From positions 3,609-67,608 of the forward strand of contig CAYUFM010000002.1 in the NCBI GenBank assembly GCA_964444225.1: a stretch of 64,000 nucleotides of DNA, read 5' to 3'. Under the pieces are notes generated by a model. It ran no database searches, was not told where the DNA came from, and saw only the letters and a program-made list of their open reading frames with translations. Shown one piece after another: positions 43,425 to 53,995 of the stretch; within the stretch, counting starts at the first letter, position 1; each line of letters begins with the position of its first letter. The stretch comes from an uncultured Candidatus Saccharibacteria bacterium (GTDB lineage Bacteria; Patescibacteriota; Saccharimonadia; Saccharimonadales; 2-12-FULL-41-12). The translations under genes and the position numbers were made by a program.

Positions 43425-46196
43425 TTACGAACAGCCAGTGGTACTGCCGCATGCAGTGCACACATAACAACTGCCTGCTTTTTGTGTCTGGTTACCACAG
43501 TTATAGCACATTGGTGAATCGTTGATTTTATTTATTGAATTAGGTTCTTGATTGATGCTCCGAGACTCAATTTCAGACAAGACTGGATTTGTTGGTTGTT
43601 CTTCAGTTTCTACAGCCACTTCTTCTACAGCCACTGGGTCTAATAGGCTTGTTTGTTCTACAGGCATATCGTCAATTGATGCCAGACCTAACTCTAGTCG
43701 ATCATCAAAAGATAAGTAGTCTAGAGCAATTCTTCTGAACATATAGTCGATCAAGGATGAAGCTGTTCTGATCTCTTTGTCATCTGTTATGCCTGCAGGA
43801 GCAAATGCCATGTGCGCCATACCTCTTACATATGTTTTTATTGGTACACCATACTGTAGTCCGTAGCTTATAGATCGTCCAAAACTATCCATTAATCCAG
43901 ATAGAGTTGATCCAACCTTGGCAATACTTATAAATAACTCGCCAGGCGTGCCGTCTTCAAATTCGCCTACGATAAAGTATCCATGAAGTCCAGCAACAGT
44001 AAATGAGTAGGTCTTTGAGTTGCGCACTTTTGGTAGTTGGCGCCTGACAGCACCTTTCAGTACAATCTTGTCGCTAGTAGACTGTGCTTTTTCTGCAGTC
44101 GACTCTTTTGCCCCATCTTTTTTGGCCATGGATAGTGGCTGAGCTACTTTGCAATTATCACGATAGATTGCAACTGCCTTAAGGCCCATTTTCCATGAAT
44201 CTATGTGAAGCTGTTCTATATCCTCTACTGTAGCCTCCTCTGGCATATTAACAGTCTTGCTAATAGCTCCCGATAGAAATGGCTGGACAGCAGCCATCAT
44301 CTTTACGTGGCCAAGGTAGTGAATAGAGTTATCTCCCATAGAGCAAGCGAACACATTGACATGCTCTTTCTTAAGATCTGGTGCATCTATTATAGTTTTT
44401 TCTACGTCAATGTATTTTATAATTCTGTCAATTTGACTTTGGTTATAACCCATAACTTTTAGAGCCCTAGGTACAGTCTGATTAACAATGTGCATTGTGC
44501 CACCACCAACTAATTTTTTAACTTTAACTAGACCAAGGTCCGGCTCAATACCAGTAGTATCACAGTCCATCATCAGTCCAATTGTGCCAGTTGGAGCCAA
44601 TACGCTAGCTTGGGAGTTGCGAACTCCGTACAGTTCACCGAGTTCAACCGCCTCATCCCATGCAGTAGTGGCTGCACTTAGAAGATTCTCGGATACAAGC
44701 GATGCATCAATGTTGTTTACAGCAGCACGGTGTTGTTTTAATACTTTTATCATACCTTCACGGTCTTTGTTAAATCCTGCAAAAGGACCAATCTTACGTG
44801 AAATTTTAGCGCTTGTGGCGTATGCATGGCCGGTCATTATTGCAGTAATAGCTGCCGCTTGAGCTCGACCTTCGTCAGAGTCATACGGTAAACCTTGGGC
44901 CATCAACATCGCTCCGAGGTTAGCGTAACCAAGTCCTAGTTCACGATATGCTTTGGCATTTTTTGTGATCTTTTCTGTAGGGTATTCAGAGTAACCAACC
45001 AGTATTTCTTGAGCTGTAAACATAATTTCAACTGTGTGTTTGAAGCCTTCGACATCAAAACTACCATCTTCATTAAGATATTTTAAAAGATTTATTGATG
45101 CTAAGTTACATGCAGAATTATCTAGGTGCATATATTCGCTACAAGGGTTAGATGCGTTGATACGGCCAGCGTTTGGTGTGGTGTGCCAATTATTAATAGT
45201 GGTATCAAACTGCATGCCAGGATCGGCACATTGCCAAGCTGCTTCAGAAAATTGTCTAAATAAATCTCTAGCCCGAACTGTTTTTACAGTTTCACCATTT
45301 CTAACGGCTTTTAGATCCCAGTCTCTGTCATCAACAACAGCCTGCATAAAATCATCAGTTACACGTACAGAGTTATTAGCATTTTGATATTGAACAGAAT
45401 GAATATCTTTACCATCAAGGCTCATATCCCAACCAGCAGCCTGAAGATCACGAGCTTTTTGCTCTTCGCGTGCCTTAGACCAAATAAACTCTTCTATATC
45501 GGGATGGTCTGCATTTAAAATAACCATTTTTGCTGCGCGCCTAGTTTTACCCCCACTTTTAATTGCACCTGCGGACGCATCAGCTCCACGCATAAAGCTC
45601 AGTGGACCAGAGGCGGTTCCTGCACTTTTACCGAGCGGTTCAACAGATGAACGAATCGGACTAAGGTTAACACCAGAACCAGAACCGCCCTTGAAGACCA
45701 TCCCTTCTTCACGGTACCAGTCTAAAATAGCCGGCATAGTATCCTCTATTCCAAGAATAAAACATGCGCTTGCCTGTTGCGCCCGATCAGGAGCACCAAT
45801 GTTAAACCAAACTGGAGAATTAAACGAAGCACGTTGCGAAGCTAGGATATATTTTAATTCTTCTTTAAAATCTTCTGCTTCTTTCTCACTATCAAAATAG
45901 CTCTCTTGTAGACCTTGCCGAGTTACCGTGTCAGCAACTCTATTAATTAGATCTTTTAGCGACTTCTCTCTTTCGGCAGTACCAGGAGTACCGGTGAAAT
46001 ACTTCTGCGCAACAATGTTAATAGCATTCTGCGACCAAAAGTCCGGAAATTCCACGTCTTTTTGTTCAAAAACGTTTTCATTGGTCATTGGATTCGTAAT
46101 TACAGAATCTCTTTTGACCCATGTAAGGCTGTCATAGCCTTTTGCCGCCGGCTTTGTAAATAGCCGACTAACACTTAGATTAGTAGTTTTACCCAT
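43425..46196 (-). CDS. nrdJ: class II (adenosylcobalamin-dependent) ribonucleotide reductase
   Basis: A 923-aa ORF with the N-terminus ...FEQKDVEFPDFWSQNAINIVAQKYF, the active-site SNPCSEY...ACNLASINL, and a C-terminal Cys-rich tail CYNCGNQTQKAGSCYVCTACGSTTGCS. Confidence 0.88.
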   Translation of the reverse strand: MGKTTNLSVSRLFTKPAAKGYDSLTWVKRDSVITNPMTNENVFEQKDVEFPDFWSQNAINIVAQKYFTGTPGTAEREKSLKDLINRVADTVTRQGLQESYFDSEKEAEDFKEELKYILASQRASFNSPVWFNIGAPDRAQQASACFILGIEDTMPAILDWYREEGMVFKGGSGSGVNLSPIRSSVEPLGKSAGTASGPLSFMRGADASAGAIKSGGKTRRAAKMVILNADHPDIEEFIWSKAREEQKARDLQAAGWDMSLDGKDIHSVQYQNANNSVRVTDDFMQAVVDDRDWDLKAVRNGETVKTVRARDLFRQFSEAAWQCADPGMQFDTTINNWHTTPNAGRINASNPCSEYMHLDNSACNLASINLLKYLNEDGSFDVEGFKHTVEIMFTAQEILVGYSEYPTEKITKNAKAYRELGLGYANLGAMLMAQGLPYDSDEGRAQAAAITAIMTGHAYATSAKISRKIGPFAGFNKDREGMIKVLKQHRAAVNNIDASLVSENLLSAATTAWDEAVELGELYGVRNSQASVLAPTGTIGLMMDCDTTGIEPDLGLVKVKKLVGGGTMHIVNQTVPRALKVMGYNQSQIDRIIKYIDVEKTIIDAPDLKKEHVNVFACSMGDNSIHYLGHVKMMAAVQPFLSGAISKTVNMPEEATVEDIEQLHIDSWKMGLKAVAIYRDNCKVAQPLSMAKKDGAKESTAEKAQSTSDKIVLKGAVRRQLPKVRNSKTYSFTVAGLHGYFIVGEFEDGTPGELFISIAKVGSTLSGLMDSFGRSISYGLQYGVPIKTYVRGMAHMAFAPAGITDDKEIRTASSLIDYMFRRIALDYLSFDDRLELGLASIDDMPVEQTSLLDPVAVEEVAVETEEQPTNPVLSEIESRSINQEPNSINKINDSPMCYNCGNQTQKAGSCYVCTACGSTTGCS

Positions 46197-46358
46197 TTTT
46201 TACCCTCACGTAGTTTTTAGTTATTATTTTTTAAATTTTTGTTAGAGTTGTCTACTTAATTTAGCAATACGTCTCTAGGATATCGCTAAGTAGTACTAGC
46301 TCTCCTCGATTTTTATAGTTTATAAAAGTCGGGGGGAACCTCTAAGTTCTCATGGAGC

Positions 46359-46838
46359 TTAGTAGGTAGTTTTTGCGTGCTCTGTTTTTCTTTTTCGCAT
46401 GTCTGATAGCTCTTTTTCAAAGCTTGTTATGTCTTTGAATCGTCTGTAGACACTTGCAAAACGAACGTATGCGACCTCATTTAGATCAGCCAGTCCGTCC
46501 ATCACGAGCTCTCCTATTTTAGCAGAAGGAATCTCGGATTCGCTACAACCGTATAGTTGTTGCTCTACATCGTTCACCAACTGCTCTAGCTGTAAGCTAG
46601 TAACCGGTGTTTTATCGCATGCTCTATATAGTCCAGCCAATAGCTTTTCTCTGTTAAACAGCTCTCTTACTTCATTGTTCTTTATTACTATCAATTGAGG
46701 CTGCTCTATTCGCTCATAAGTGGTGAATCTATGCTCGCACTTACTGCACATTCGCCTACGCCTGATTGATTTTCCTTCGGCTGCTTCACGAGATTCTATA
46801 ACTTTCGTATCGCTTGCGTGACATTGATTACAATTCAT
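46359..46838 (-). CDS. nrdR: transcriptional repressor NrdR
   Basis: A 159-aa ORF with the zinc ribbon MNCNQC...D..V..SR......IRRRR.C..C..RFTTYE and a C-terminal ATP-cone. Confidence 0.9.
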   Translation of the reverse strand: MNCNQCHASDTKVIESREAAEGKSIRRRRMCSKCEHRFTTYERIEQPQLIVIKNNEVRELFNREKLLAGLYRACDKTPVTSLQLEQLVNDVEQQLYGCSESEIPSAKIGELVMDGLADLNEVAYVRFASVYRRFKDITSFEKELSDMRKRKTEHAKTTY

Positions 46839-46866
46839 ACATCACCCTTCTTTGTATACTTTAGTT

Positions 46867-46882
46867 GTTCAATATAAATGTA
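46867..46882 (-). promoter_or_regulatory. degenerate NrdR box (promoter-proximal)
   Basis: The plus-strand sequence GTTCAATATAAATGTA matches 8 of 10 core positions of the NrdR-box consensus acaCwAtATaTwGtgt. Its centre lies 31 bp from the strong box. Confidence 0.4.
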
Positions 46883-46897
46883 CTACTTCTATATTTT

Positions 46898-46913
46898 TAT
46901 CTATATATAGTGT
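46898..46913 (-). promoter_or_regulatory. NrdR box (strong match)
   Basis: The minus-strand sequence ACACTATATATAGATA has the perfect consensus core CTATATATAG and the left flank aca. It lies 60-75 nt upstream of the nrdR ATG. Confidence 0.6.
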
Positions 46914-46981
46914 CTATGCTATATAGCATAGCCCCACAATTAGCGTAATGCAAATATTTTACGATGTATTAATTACAAGGT

Positions 46982-48295
46982 TTAGTTATTGTCGTTTTCT
47001 TCTGATTTTTCGGTATTTTTGCGCTTAAGGCGCCTCAAAAATGATGGTTTCTCTAGATCTTCTTCATTGTATTCGCTTTTAGTCTCGGATTTTTCTGACT
47101 TTAAATCTGCGTCATTATCGTCATCGATGTGTGTCCAGATATTAGGTACTTTGTTGTCGGAATGAAACTCTTCTTCTCCAGAGCTTTTGTCTACTTCATC
47201 TAGATCCATGCTTATGTCTTCAGGAACGGGTTCATGAGCCTTCATGTCGTCATTAGCAGTAATACCGTGCTCAACTTCCATTTTGGAGTTTTCGCTTACA
47301 GAATCGGAACTTTGTAGATTATTCGTAAAATATGAATCATCAAAACCTGTTGCAACAACAGTTACTATGAGTTCTCCGTCTAGATCTGGATTAATAGTAG
47401 CACCAAAAATAATGTTTGCATCTTTATCCGATGAGGCGGTTATAGTCTCTGCAACTGTGTTAATCTCATGCATTGACATGTCATTACCGCCAATAACATT
47501 AAACAAGATACCGCGAGCTCCATCGATTGAAACTTCGAGTAGCGGTGATTCAACAGCTTGCTGTGCGGCTTCTACTGCTCTGTTGTCACCACTAGCACGA
47601 CCAATACCCATTAAGGCCGATCCAGCATTACTCATAACAGCTTTCACGTCGGCAAAGTCTAGGTTTATTAGTCCGTGAACAGTTATTAGGTCAGATATAC
47701 CCTGTACACCCTGACGAAGTACATCGTCGGCTACTTTAAAGGCCTGCATAATTGGGGTTGAACGATCAATTGTATTTAGTAGTTTGTCATTAGGAACTAT
47801 GATCAATGTGTCGACATGTGATCGAAGATTATTTATGGCAATTTCGGCATTTGCACGACGCTTTTCACCTTCAAAAGCAAATGGCTTGGTTGCAAATCCT
47901 ACTACCAATGCGCCAACATCTTGAGCTATCTTAGCAACTATATGGCCAGCTCCACTACCAGTACCACCACCGGCACCAATAGTTATAAAGACCATATCCG
48001 CACCATCTATAGATGCTTTTATGTCATCATATGATTCCTCAGCTGCTCGTTGTCCTACATTTGGGTTTGCTCCAGCTCCTAAGCCTCTGGTTGATTCGTG
48101 TCCGATATGAATTTTTGTAGTTGCTTTGGAGTGATGCAATGCTTGAGCGTCTGTGTTTATTGCAATAAACTCCACACCGTCAACTCCGGCTTCTACCATT
48201 CTGTTTATGGCAGCACCACCGGCACCACCAACGCCAATAACCTTAATTCTTGCAAAAGTTTCTATAGCTGGTGTAACTTGAGGCATAACAATCAA
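46982..48295 (-). CDS. ftsZ: cell division GTPase FtsZ
   Basis: A 437-aa ORF with [11 protein letters not shown], the tubulin signature [11 protein letters not shown], and a long acidic C-terminal linker. The true start may be the Met 3 codons downstream. Confidence 0.95.
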   Translation of the reverse strand: MIVMPQVTPAIETFARIKVIGVGGAGGAAINRMVEAGVDGVEFIAINTDAQALHHSKATTKIHIGHESTRGLGAGANPNVGQRAAEESYDDIKASIDGADMVFITIGAGGGTGSGAGHIVAKIAQDVGALVVGFATKPFAFEGEKRRANAEIAINNLRSHVDTLIIVPNDKLLNTIDRSTPIMQAFKVADDVLRQGVQGISDLITVHGLINLDFADVKAVMSNAGSALMGIGRASGDNRAVEAAQQAVESPLLEVSIDGARGILFNVIGGNDMSMHEINTVAETITASSDKDANIIFGATINPDLDGELIVTVVATGFDDSYFTNNLQSSDSVSENSKMEVEHGITANDDMKAHEPVPEDISMDLDEVDKSSGEEEFHSDNKVPNIWTHIDDDNDADLKSEKSETKSEYNEEDLEKPSFLRRLKRKNTEKSEENDNN

Positions 48296-48338
48296 TTCTC
48301 CTTATCTGAATTCTCTCTTATATCATAAGTATAGCAGA

Positions 48339-49577
48339 TCAACGAAATCGTTTCAGTAGTCCGCCAATATTACCTAAAATAGATTCACTGACCATCTTTC
48401 CGACGGGACCTCTGCTCATATTCTGCTCAGCAAACAACATGTCTAAGTTCATAAGTCCAACAGCAGTTACATATTCGAGTCCTTTAACCTCCTCTATTAG
48501 ACCTTCGGCGTTCTGTAAAGTCCCAATCCTAGAAGCAAGCTGGAGTTTCTCCTTAGTGAATGATGATAGTCCAGGTATTTTGGCTGAACCGCCAACCAAA
48601 ACAACACCTCCTGGCAACTTACGCGATTTGTGTATTTTTTTCAGCTCTTTGTCTACAAACTCAAGAATTTCCTCAACTCGAGCCTCGACAATCATAGCAA
48701 CCTCACCACCATCAAATACATGGTTTATTCTCTCAAATTCTACACTTACTTTTCCTGATTTTGCGGAATCGGTAAGACCGGCGTGTTTCAGCTTTACCAG
48801 CTCTGCTATTTCTAGATCTGTTTTTAAGCCTATTGCTAAGTCATTTGTTATATTTATTCCACCAAAAGGAATGACCGAGACATACTGTACTTCTCCGTCC
48901 TCGATAATTGCCATGTTAGTGGTGCTGGCTCCAATATCAAGTACTAATGTGCCTGCTTCTTTTTGCTTACGATTAAGCACAGCCTCGGCAGCAGCCAACC
49001 CCGAGACAGTATGGTGGGAGGCCTGGATGTGAGATCTTTCTAAGACTGAGTCTAGACTTCTAATATTTGGGGAGGCAACAGTAACGATATGCGTATCTAC
49101 CTCCAGCCTAACACCTTGCATGCCTATAGGATCTTTTATGCTATCGTGTCCATCCACTCTGTAGTTTTTAGGAAAAACCTGGATAATTTCACGGTTTGCG
49201 GGTATTTGCATGATTGTTGCTGCATCTTCTACTCGCAACTTGTCATCGAGTGTAATCTCTTTATTAGCTGTGCTTATTGCTATAACACCCTTAGAATCAA
49301 CACCTTGTATATGTGATCCGTTGATGTTTACAGTAGCGTTACGTATCGGAACACCCGAGATCCTCTCGGCTTCACTTGCAGCCTGATTAATAGCTGACGC
49401 AACATCGTCAACATGAACGATAGTGCCTTTTCGCATACCCATATTAGGTGCTGAACCGTGAGCAACTACAGATATCTTTGGTTCTTCACTTGATAAATCT
49501 AGACTGCCAACTACACATCTGATCATACTAGTACCAATATCTAGCCCAAAGAAGTAGCTAGGCGAGGAATTATTCAT
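48339..49577 (-). CDS. ftsA: cell division protein FtsA
   Basis: A 412-aa actin-fold ORF with GLDIGTS..R, LDIGASTTN, and VLVGGSAKIPG, lying immediately upstream of ftsZ. Confidence 0.9.
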   Translation of the reverse strand: MNNSSPSYFFGLDIGTSMIRCVVGSLDLSSEEPKISVVAHGSAPNMGMRKGTIVHVDDVASAINQAASEAERISGVPIRNATVNINGSHIQGVDSKGVIAISTANKEITLDDKLRVEDAATIMQIPANREIIQVFPKNYRVDGHDSIKDPIGMQGVRLEVDTHIVTVASPNIRSLDSVLERSHIQASHHTVSGLAAAEAVLNRKQKEAGTLVLDIGASTTNMAIIEDGEVQYVSVIPFGGINITNDLAIGLKTDLEIAELVKLKHAGLTDSAKSGKVSVEFERINHVFDGGEVAMIVEARVEEILEFVDKELKKIHKSRKLPGGVVLVGGSAKIPGLSSFTKEKLQLASRIGTLQNAEGLIEEVKGLEYVTAVGLMNLDMLFAEQNMSRGPVGKMVSESILGNIGGLLKRFR

Positions 49578-49627
49578 ACAAAGATTATAACGCTAATGCC
49601 AGCTAAGAGCTAGTCCTCTTAGACTTA

Positions 49628-50386
49628 CTAATTTGTAAGTATCTCAAAACCGTTGTCAGTAACTAATACTGTATGCTCAAAATGGGCAGATAATGACCCA
49701 TCGTTAGTTGCGACAGTCCATCCATCATTCTTTATATACACACTATGGCCACCTAGTGTTGCCATAGGCTCAATAGCCAAAGTCATCCCTGAAACCAGCT
49801 TTGGGCCTGTACCTTTTTTACCAAAATTTGGTATGTTTGGGTCCTCGTGTACTTCGTGCCCCACTCCATGACCAACAAGATCTCTCACAACACCGTAATT
49901 CTTACTTTCCAAATAGTTTTGAATGGCAAACCCTATATCTCCTACTTGGCAGCCATTTTTTAACTGTCTTAGACCAATATTCAAGGATTTTTTTGTATCG
50001 TCCAAAAAATCTTGCACCTTAGGATTGCCATCTCCACACACTACAGATACAGCCGCATCGGTTATCATGCCGTTATATGTAACGCCCAAGTCCAAGCTAA
50101 CGATATCGCTATTTTTCAGCATCTTTTCTTTACTCGGTATACCATGCACTACTTCATCATTAACTGATATACAAATAACGCTTGGAAATGGAATTGGATG
50201 CCCGTATCCTAAAAAAGCTGGGCTTCCACCCAATTTTTTTATCTCCTTTTCTGCAATATCAGCTAAATATTGAGTATTGATACCGGGAACAACTTCTTTA
50301 ATAAGTTTTCTATGGACTGAGGCTAAAATCTTTCCAGACTTCCTCATATCTTCTATTTCTTGAACTGTTTTTATCCTGGTATACAT
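49628..50386 (-). CDS. map: methionine aminopeptidase, type I
   Basis: A 252-aa ORF with VCISVNDEVVHGIP, D.G....G...D, GHG.G...HE, and the metal ligands EP...H.EHT. Confidence 0.95.
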   Translation of the reverse strand: MYTRIKTVQEIEDMRKSGKILASVHRKLIKEVVPGINTQYLADIAEKEIKKLGGSPAFLGYGHPIPFPSVICISVNDEVVHGIPSKEKMLKNSDIVSLDLGVTYNGMITDAAVSVVCGDGNPKVQDFLDDTKKSLNIGLRQLKNGCQVGDIGFAIQNYLESKNYGVVRDLVGHGVGHEVHEDPNIPNFGKKGTGPKLVSGMTLAIEPMATLGGHSVYIKNDGWTVATNDGSLSAHFEHTVLVTDNGFEILTN

Positions 50387-50396
50387 ATTCTTAAAA

Positions 50397-50930
50397 CTAA
50401 ATAGCTAACTTAGAAAATACTTCTTCTTGGATTTCTTCTATAGTTCTCTCAGCATTGATTTCATGGACTTCTATGCCGTGCTGTTTCATCCAGTCAATTA
50501 TCGGAAGAGTTAGTTCTTCGTATTCCTGAAAACGTTTTTCTAGTGTTTCCCTGTTGTCATCCGACCTGCCCCGCCCTAAAAGTCTTTCTAAAACAACTTC
50601 TTTAGAAGCATTTAGATAAACAACGTCAGATATATTTATTTTTCCGGACTTATGCTGTTCATATAACCATTTGGCTTGAGTTAGAGTGCGTGGAAAACCA
50701 TCTAAAATAGCTTTATTGTAATCATCAACTTCCTCAAAAAACCCCTTTAAAATATCTATAATTTCTTGATCATCTAAAAGTTTACCCTGCAACATTCCCT
50801 CTTTCCGTTCGGCTGTAATGTTTGCTCGTAAATATTCACCAGTTGAAAGCCACTGGTACTTTAGTTTTTTGGCCAACAAATTACCCTGAACGCTTTTTCC
50901 AGCACCCGCTACGCCCATAAAAACTATCAT
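50397..50930 (-). CDS. adk: adenylate kinase (short, lid-less form)
   Basis: A 177-aa ORF with the P-loop GVAGAGKS and ILDGFPRTLTQAKWL, followed by GR.RSDDN.E....R. Confidence 0.75.
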   Translation of the reverse strand: MIVFMGVAGAGKSVQGNLLAKKLKYQWLSTGEYLRANITAERKEGMLQGKLLDDQEIIDILKGFFEEVDDYNKAILDGFPRTLTQAKWLYEQHKSGKINISDVVYLNASKEVVLERLLGRGRSDDNRETLEKRFQEYEELTLPIIDWMKQHGIEVHEINAERTIEEIQEEVFSKLAI

Positions 50931-51386
50931 TTAGTTAGTAATCCTCTCTTTTACTAGCTTAGCGACAACAGACCCGTCTGCCAAAGCACCGGTTTTTGCT
51001 TTAACAGCACCGATAACCTGCCCCATTTGTTGCATAGATACAGACCCACCTAAACCAGATATAGTTTCTTCAACTATTTTGACTATGTCATCTTCCGACA
51101 TCATCTCTGGCAAGTACTTACTAATAATTCTACTTTCAGCCAGCTCTTTCTCTGCTCTTATGTTTTCATTGGCGTCAGAGTATGTTTTTGCTGTGTCGAT
51201 TCTTTTTTTTGACTCTTTTTGCAACAAGCCAATAAGTATTTCATCATCCAGACCATTGTCTCTGGCTCCTGCAGAAATTTCAGCGTCCAAGATTACACTT
51301 TTAATAGTGCGAAGAACAGAAGTTAGCTCCCTATCTCCGGCTAGCATTGCTTCTTTGAGATCGGTTTCAATTTTTTGTTTAATCAT
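50931..51386 (-). CDS. GatB/YqeY domain protein
   Basis: A 151-aa ORF with I..DLKEAM.AGD......LR..KS.....E and a C-terminal MG.VIGAVKAKTGALADGS.V...V. Confidence 0.8.
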   Translation of the reverse strand: MIKQKIETDLKEAMLAGDRELTSVLRTIKSVILDAEISAGARDNGLDDEILIGLLQKESKKRIDTAKTYSDANENIRAEKELAESRIISKYLPEMMSEDDIVKIVEETISGLGGSVSMQQMGQVIGAVKAKTGALADGSVVAKLVKERITN

Positions 51387-51393
51387 CTATGTC

Positions 51394-51603
51394 TTAGGAG
51401 AGCTTAAGTTTCTTAACTTTGACCGCTTTGCGTTCACGCCTAACAATCGCTTTTTTGCGACGGTCTCTTTTACTTATAGGTTTTTCAAAACGTTGAGCTT
51501 GTTTAGCCTCGGCCAAAACGCCGGATTGTTGAACTTTGCGCGTAAAACGACGCAATAAATTTTCTGCAGATTCTTTAGAATCTTTTCTTGTTACTTGTAT
51601 CAT
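51394..51603 (-). CDS. rpsU: 30S ribosomal protein S21
   Basis: A 69-aa basic ORF with ...ESAENLLRRFTRKVQQSGVL.E......FEKPS.KR.RKK. Confidence 0.85.
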   Translation of the reverse strand: MIQVTRKDSKESAENLLRRFTRKVQQSGVLAEAKQAQRFEKPISKRDRRKKAIVRRERKAVKVKKLKLS

Positions 51604-51646
51604 TAGATATATTATACTCCTTGGGGCACTTATTTACAAGTGTTAA

Positions 51647-51928
51647 CTACCGCTTTTTTTGTGTAGCACGCTGTGATTTAAGTACGATGCTTTGTAATTC
51701 TTTAAATATAGGAAATTGTTTGTTTGTGTAATAGATTTTTGTATTAGCTTGCTTTTCTGACATCAGAAAACCAATCTTTTCTAGGCGCTTTAGTTCGCGC
51801 TGTATATTTCCAGCATCTTCTTTTATTAACTTTGCAAGCCCACGAACGTGAGTTTTAAAGTCGGGATACTTTGCATAAACAACGATAATTTTTCTACGCA
51901 CTCTTGATGTAATAAAAACGTCTAACAT
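51647..51928 (-). CDS. small winged-helix (ArsR/MarR-like) DNA-binding protein
   Basis: A 93-aa ORF. The segment HVRGLAKLIKEDAGNIQRELKRLEKIGFL looks like a helix-turn-helix followed by a wing. It is divergent from priA. Confidence 0.4.
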   Translation of the reverse strand: MLDVFITSRVRRKIIVVYAKYPDFKTHVRGLAKLIKEDAGNIQRELKRLEKIGFLMSEKQANTKIYYTNKQFPIFKELQSIVLKSQRATQKKR

Positions 51929-52042
51929 TCCGCCTCTTTCCGATGTTGTTGTAACAACGCTTAGTATAGCGTCTGCTTTTTGTCATTTCAAGCAAAAAAT
52001 AAAAAATACTAATCTTATTTTTAGAGTTATACTGTTAATACA

Positions 52043-53986
52043 ATGTTTTTTTACGAGATAGCCCCTGCCGACAGAAGCTATGGCGGCAAGCAATTGCTGA
52101 CATATAGACATGAATCAAACCTAATCCCCGGGCAAATAGTTGTTGTTAAAATACGCAACAAAAGCATAAGTGGCTTTGTCACAAAAAAGGTTCCAAAGCC
52201 AAACTTCCCAACCAAACTAATTGAATTTATCTATGAAGGCTCTACCCTAAACCAGACTCAATTGAAGTTCTTTGCTTTAGTAAATGAATACTATCCAGGA
52301 ACCTTGGGCGCAACAGCATCGATGTTTGTTCCTAATTTATTAAAAAAACATCAATCTAATGAAAAAAATAAACTAAAAAGTGTAGTAATTAAAAACAACA
52401 CTCTACCAAAACTTACTAATCAGCAAGAACTCATTTTTAAAAAAATCATTTCATCAAAAATAAGAACTCATATAGTCCATGGCGATACAGGTACTGGTAA
52501 AACTAGGTTATACTTAGAACTTGCAAAAGAAATGCATAAAAAAAATATGTCTTTCCTGATAATTACTCCCGAGATTAGCCTAACCCCCCAACTAGCTGAA
52601 CAATTTAAGGATATTTTTAAAAAAGTTTTTGTTATCCACTCAGAACTGACAGTCAAAGAGAAGCGAGAAATTTGGGTTGAAATAAATGATACTACAGATC
52701 CTATTGTAGTGATTGGTGCAAGATCATCGCTGTTTTCTCCGATAAACAACTTGGGCATGGTAGTTATTGATGAATTTCACGACCACGCCCTAAAACAAGA
52801 CCAGAGTCCTAAATATCAAACCAATCGTTTAGCAGCTATTCTTAGTAAAATTTCTGACTGCAAGCTAGTACTGGGCTCAGCAACACCACCAGTTGAAGAC
52901 TATTTTTATGCAACTAAAACGGGTTCTGAGGTACATAGGTTATCAGAAAAGCCAAATGGAGATCAAACAAAAAAGACCATAAAGGCAGTAAGACTTGGTA
53001 GCCCTTCAGAACGTACTAGCTATGATTTGATTAGCAAGAGCCTCCTTGCCTCCATAGAAGATAAACTAAATAGGGGCGAGCAAGTGCTTGTATTTTTAAA
53101 CAAGCGAGGTAGCTCTAGGACAATTTTATGCGAAAGCTGTGGTTGGACTATCAGTTGTGACCGTTGTAATATTCCATACATTTATCATGCCGATAAGCAC
53201 ACACTGGTCTGCCACACCTGTAGTAAAAAAACAGGCGCTGTAAATAACTGTCCAAAATGTGGGTCTAAGGATATTATCTTTAAAAATCCAGGAACCAAAG
53301 CTATAGAGGCAAGTTTGTCTAAGGTTTTTCCTAAAGCAAAAATTGGCCGTTATGATAAAGACAACACTAAAGACGAGACATTTTCTAATAATTACGAAGA
53401 TATTAAGTTGGGAAATATTGATATTTTGGTAGGCACTCAAATCTTGACTAAGGGTCACGATCTGCCAAAGCTAACATTAGTAGCTATACTTCTGGCTGAG
53501 GCAGGACTGCAATTTCCAGACTTCTCTGCGGAAGAATCCAACTTTCAGTTATTGCATCAAGTTATAGGTCGCGTTGGCAGAACACACCTAGACGGAGACG
53601 TTCTAATTCAGACACTTAATGAGCCTAAGACAATAATAAAAAAGACTGAACACAAAATTAACAACTGGGAAGATTTTTACAGAAATGAGCTAAAAAATCG
53701 TAAAAAATTTAAATATCCCCCATTCTGCTACATGCTAAAGATCGAGCTTTCTAAAAACTCACAAGACAAAGTCTTTAAACAATCAAGTAGACTTGTAGAT
53801 AAGTTAATCGCCGAGTTTCCAAGCCTCGAGATAATAGGACCTAGTCCGGCACTTATCGAGAGAAAAAACGATCGATGGTATATGCATATAGTAGTTAAAT
53901 CTGTGAAAAGGTCGGACCTGACAAATGTAATTTTCAGCCTACCAAGCGATTGTTCGTACGATCTAGACCCAATCAATCTGTTATAA
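52043..53986 (+). CDS. priA: primosomal replication-restart helicase PriA
   Basis: A 647-aa ORF with Walker A HGDTGTGKT, DEFHD, the inserted double zinc finger C.SCGW...C..C......H.......C..C, and GRVGR. Confidence 0.9.
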   Translation: MFFYEIAPADRSYGGKQLLTYRHESNLIPGQIVVVKIRNKSISGFVTKKVPKPNFPTKLIEFIYEGSTLNQTQLKFFALVNEYYPGTLGATASMFVPNLLKKHQSNEKNKLKSVVIKNNTLPKLTNQQELIFKKIISSKIRTHIVHGDTGTGKTRLYLELAKEMHKKNMSFLIITPEISLTPQLAEQFKDIFKKVFVIHSELTVKEKREIWVEINDTTDPIVVIGARSSLFSPINNLGMVVIDEFHDHALKQDQSPKYQTNRLAAILSKISDCKLVLGSATPPVEDYFYATKTGSEVHRLSEKPNGDQTKKTIKAVRLGSPSERTSYDLISKSLLASIEDKLNRGEQVLVFLNKRGSSRTILCESCGWTISCDRCNIPYIYHADKHTLVCHTCSKKTGAVNNCPKCGSKDIIFKNPGTKAIEASLSKVFPKAKIGRYDKDNTKDETFSNNYEDIKLGNIDILVGTQILTKGHDLPKLTLVAILLAEAGLQFPDFSAEESNFQLLHQVIGRVGRTHLDGDVLIQTLNEPKTIIKKTEHKINNWEDFYRNELKNRKKFKYPPFCYMLKIELSKNSQDKVFKQSSRLVDKLIAEFPSLEIIGPSPALIERKNDRWYMHIVVKSVKRSDLTNVIFSLPSDCSYDLDPINLL

Positions 53987-53995
53987 TCCTTAGGT

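Noticed and set aside
43334-43498. A longer 142-aa version of the thioredoxin-fold ORF that overlaps the nrdJ 3' end.
   Set aside because: The extra 55 residues are read from the antisense-frame overlap and the intergenic sequence. The fold-like part starts at the Met at 43333.
46197-46358. A cobalamin riboswitch or additional NrdR boxes in the 162-bp nrdR-nrdJ spacer.
   Set aside because: I saw no B12-box-like element and no match to the NrdR core CwAtATaTwG. There is only an AT-rich imperfect inverted repeat (CGACTTTTATA-AAC-TATAAAAATCG) and a G6 run, which are not enough for a call.
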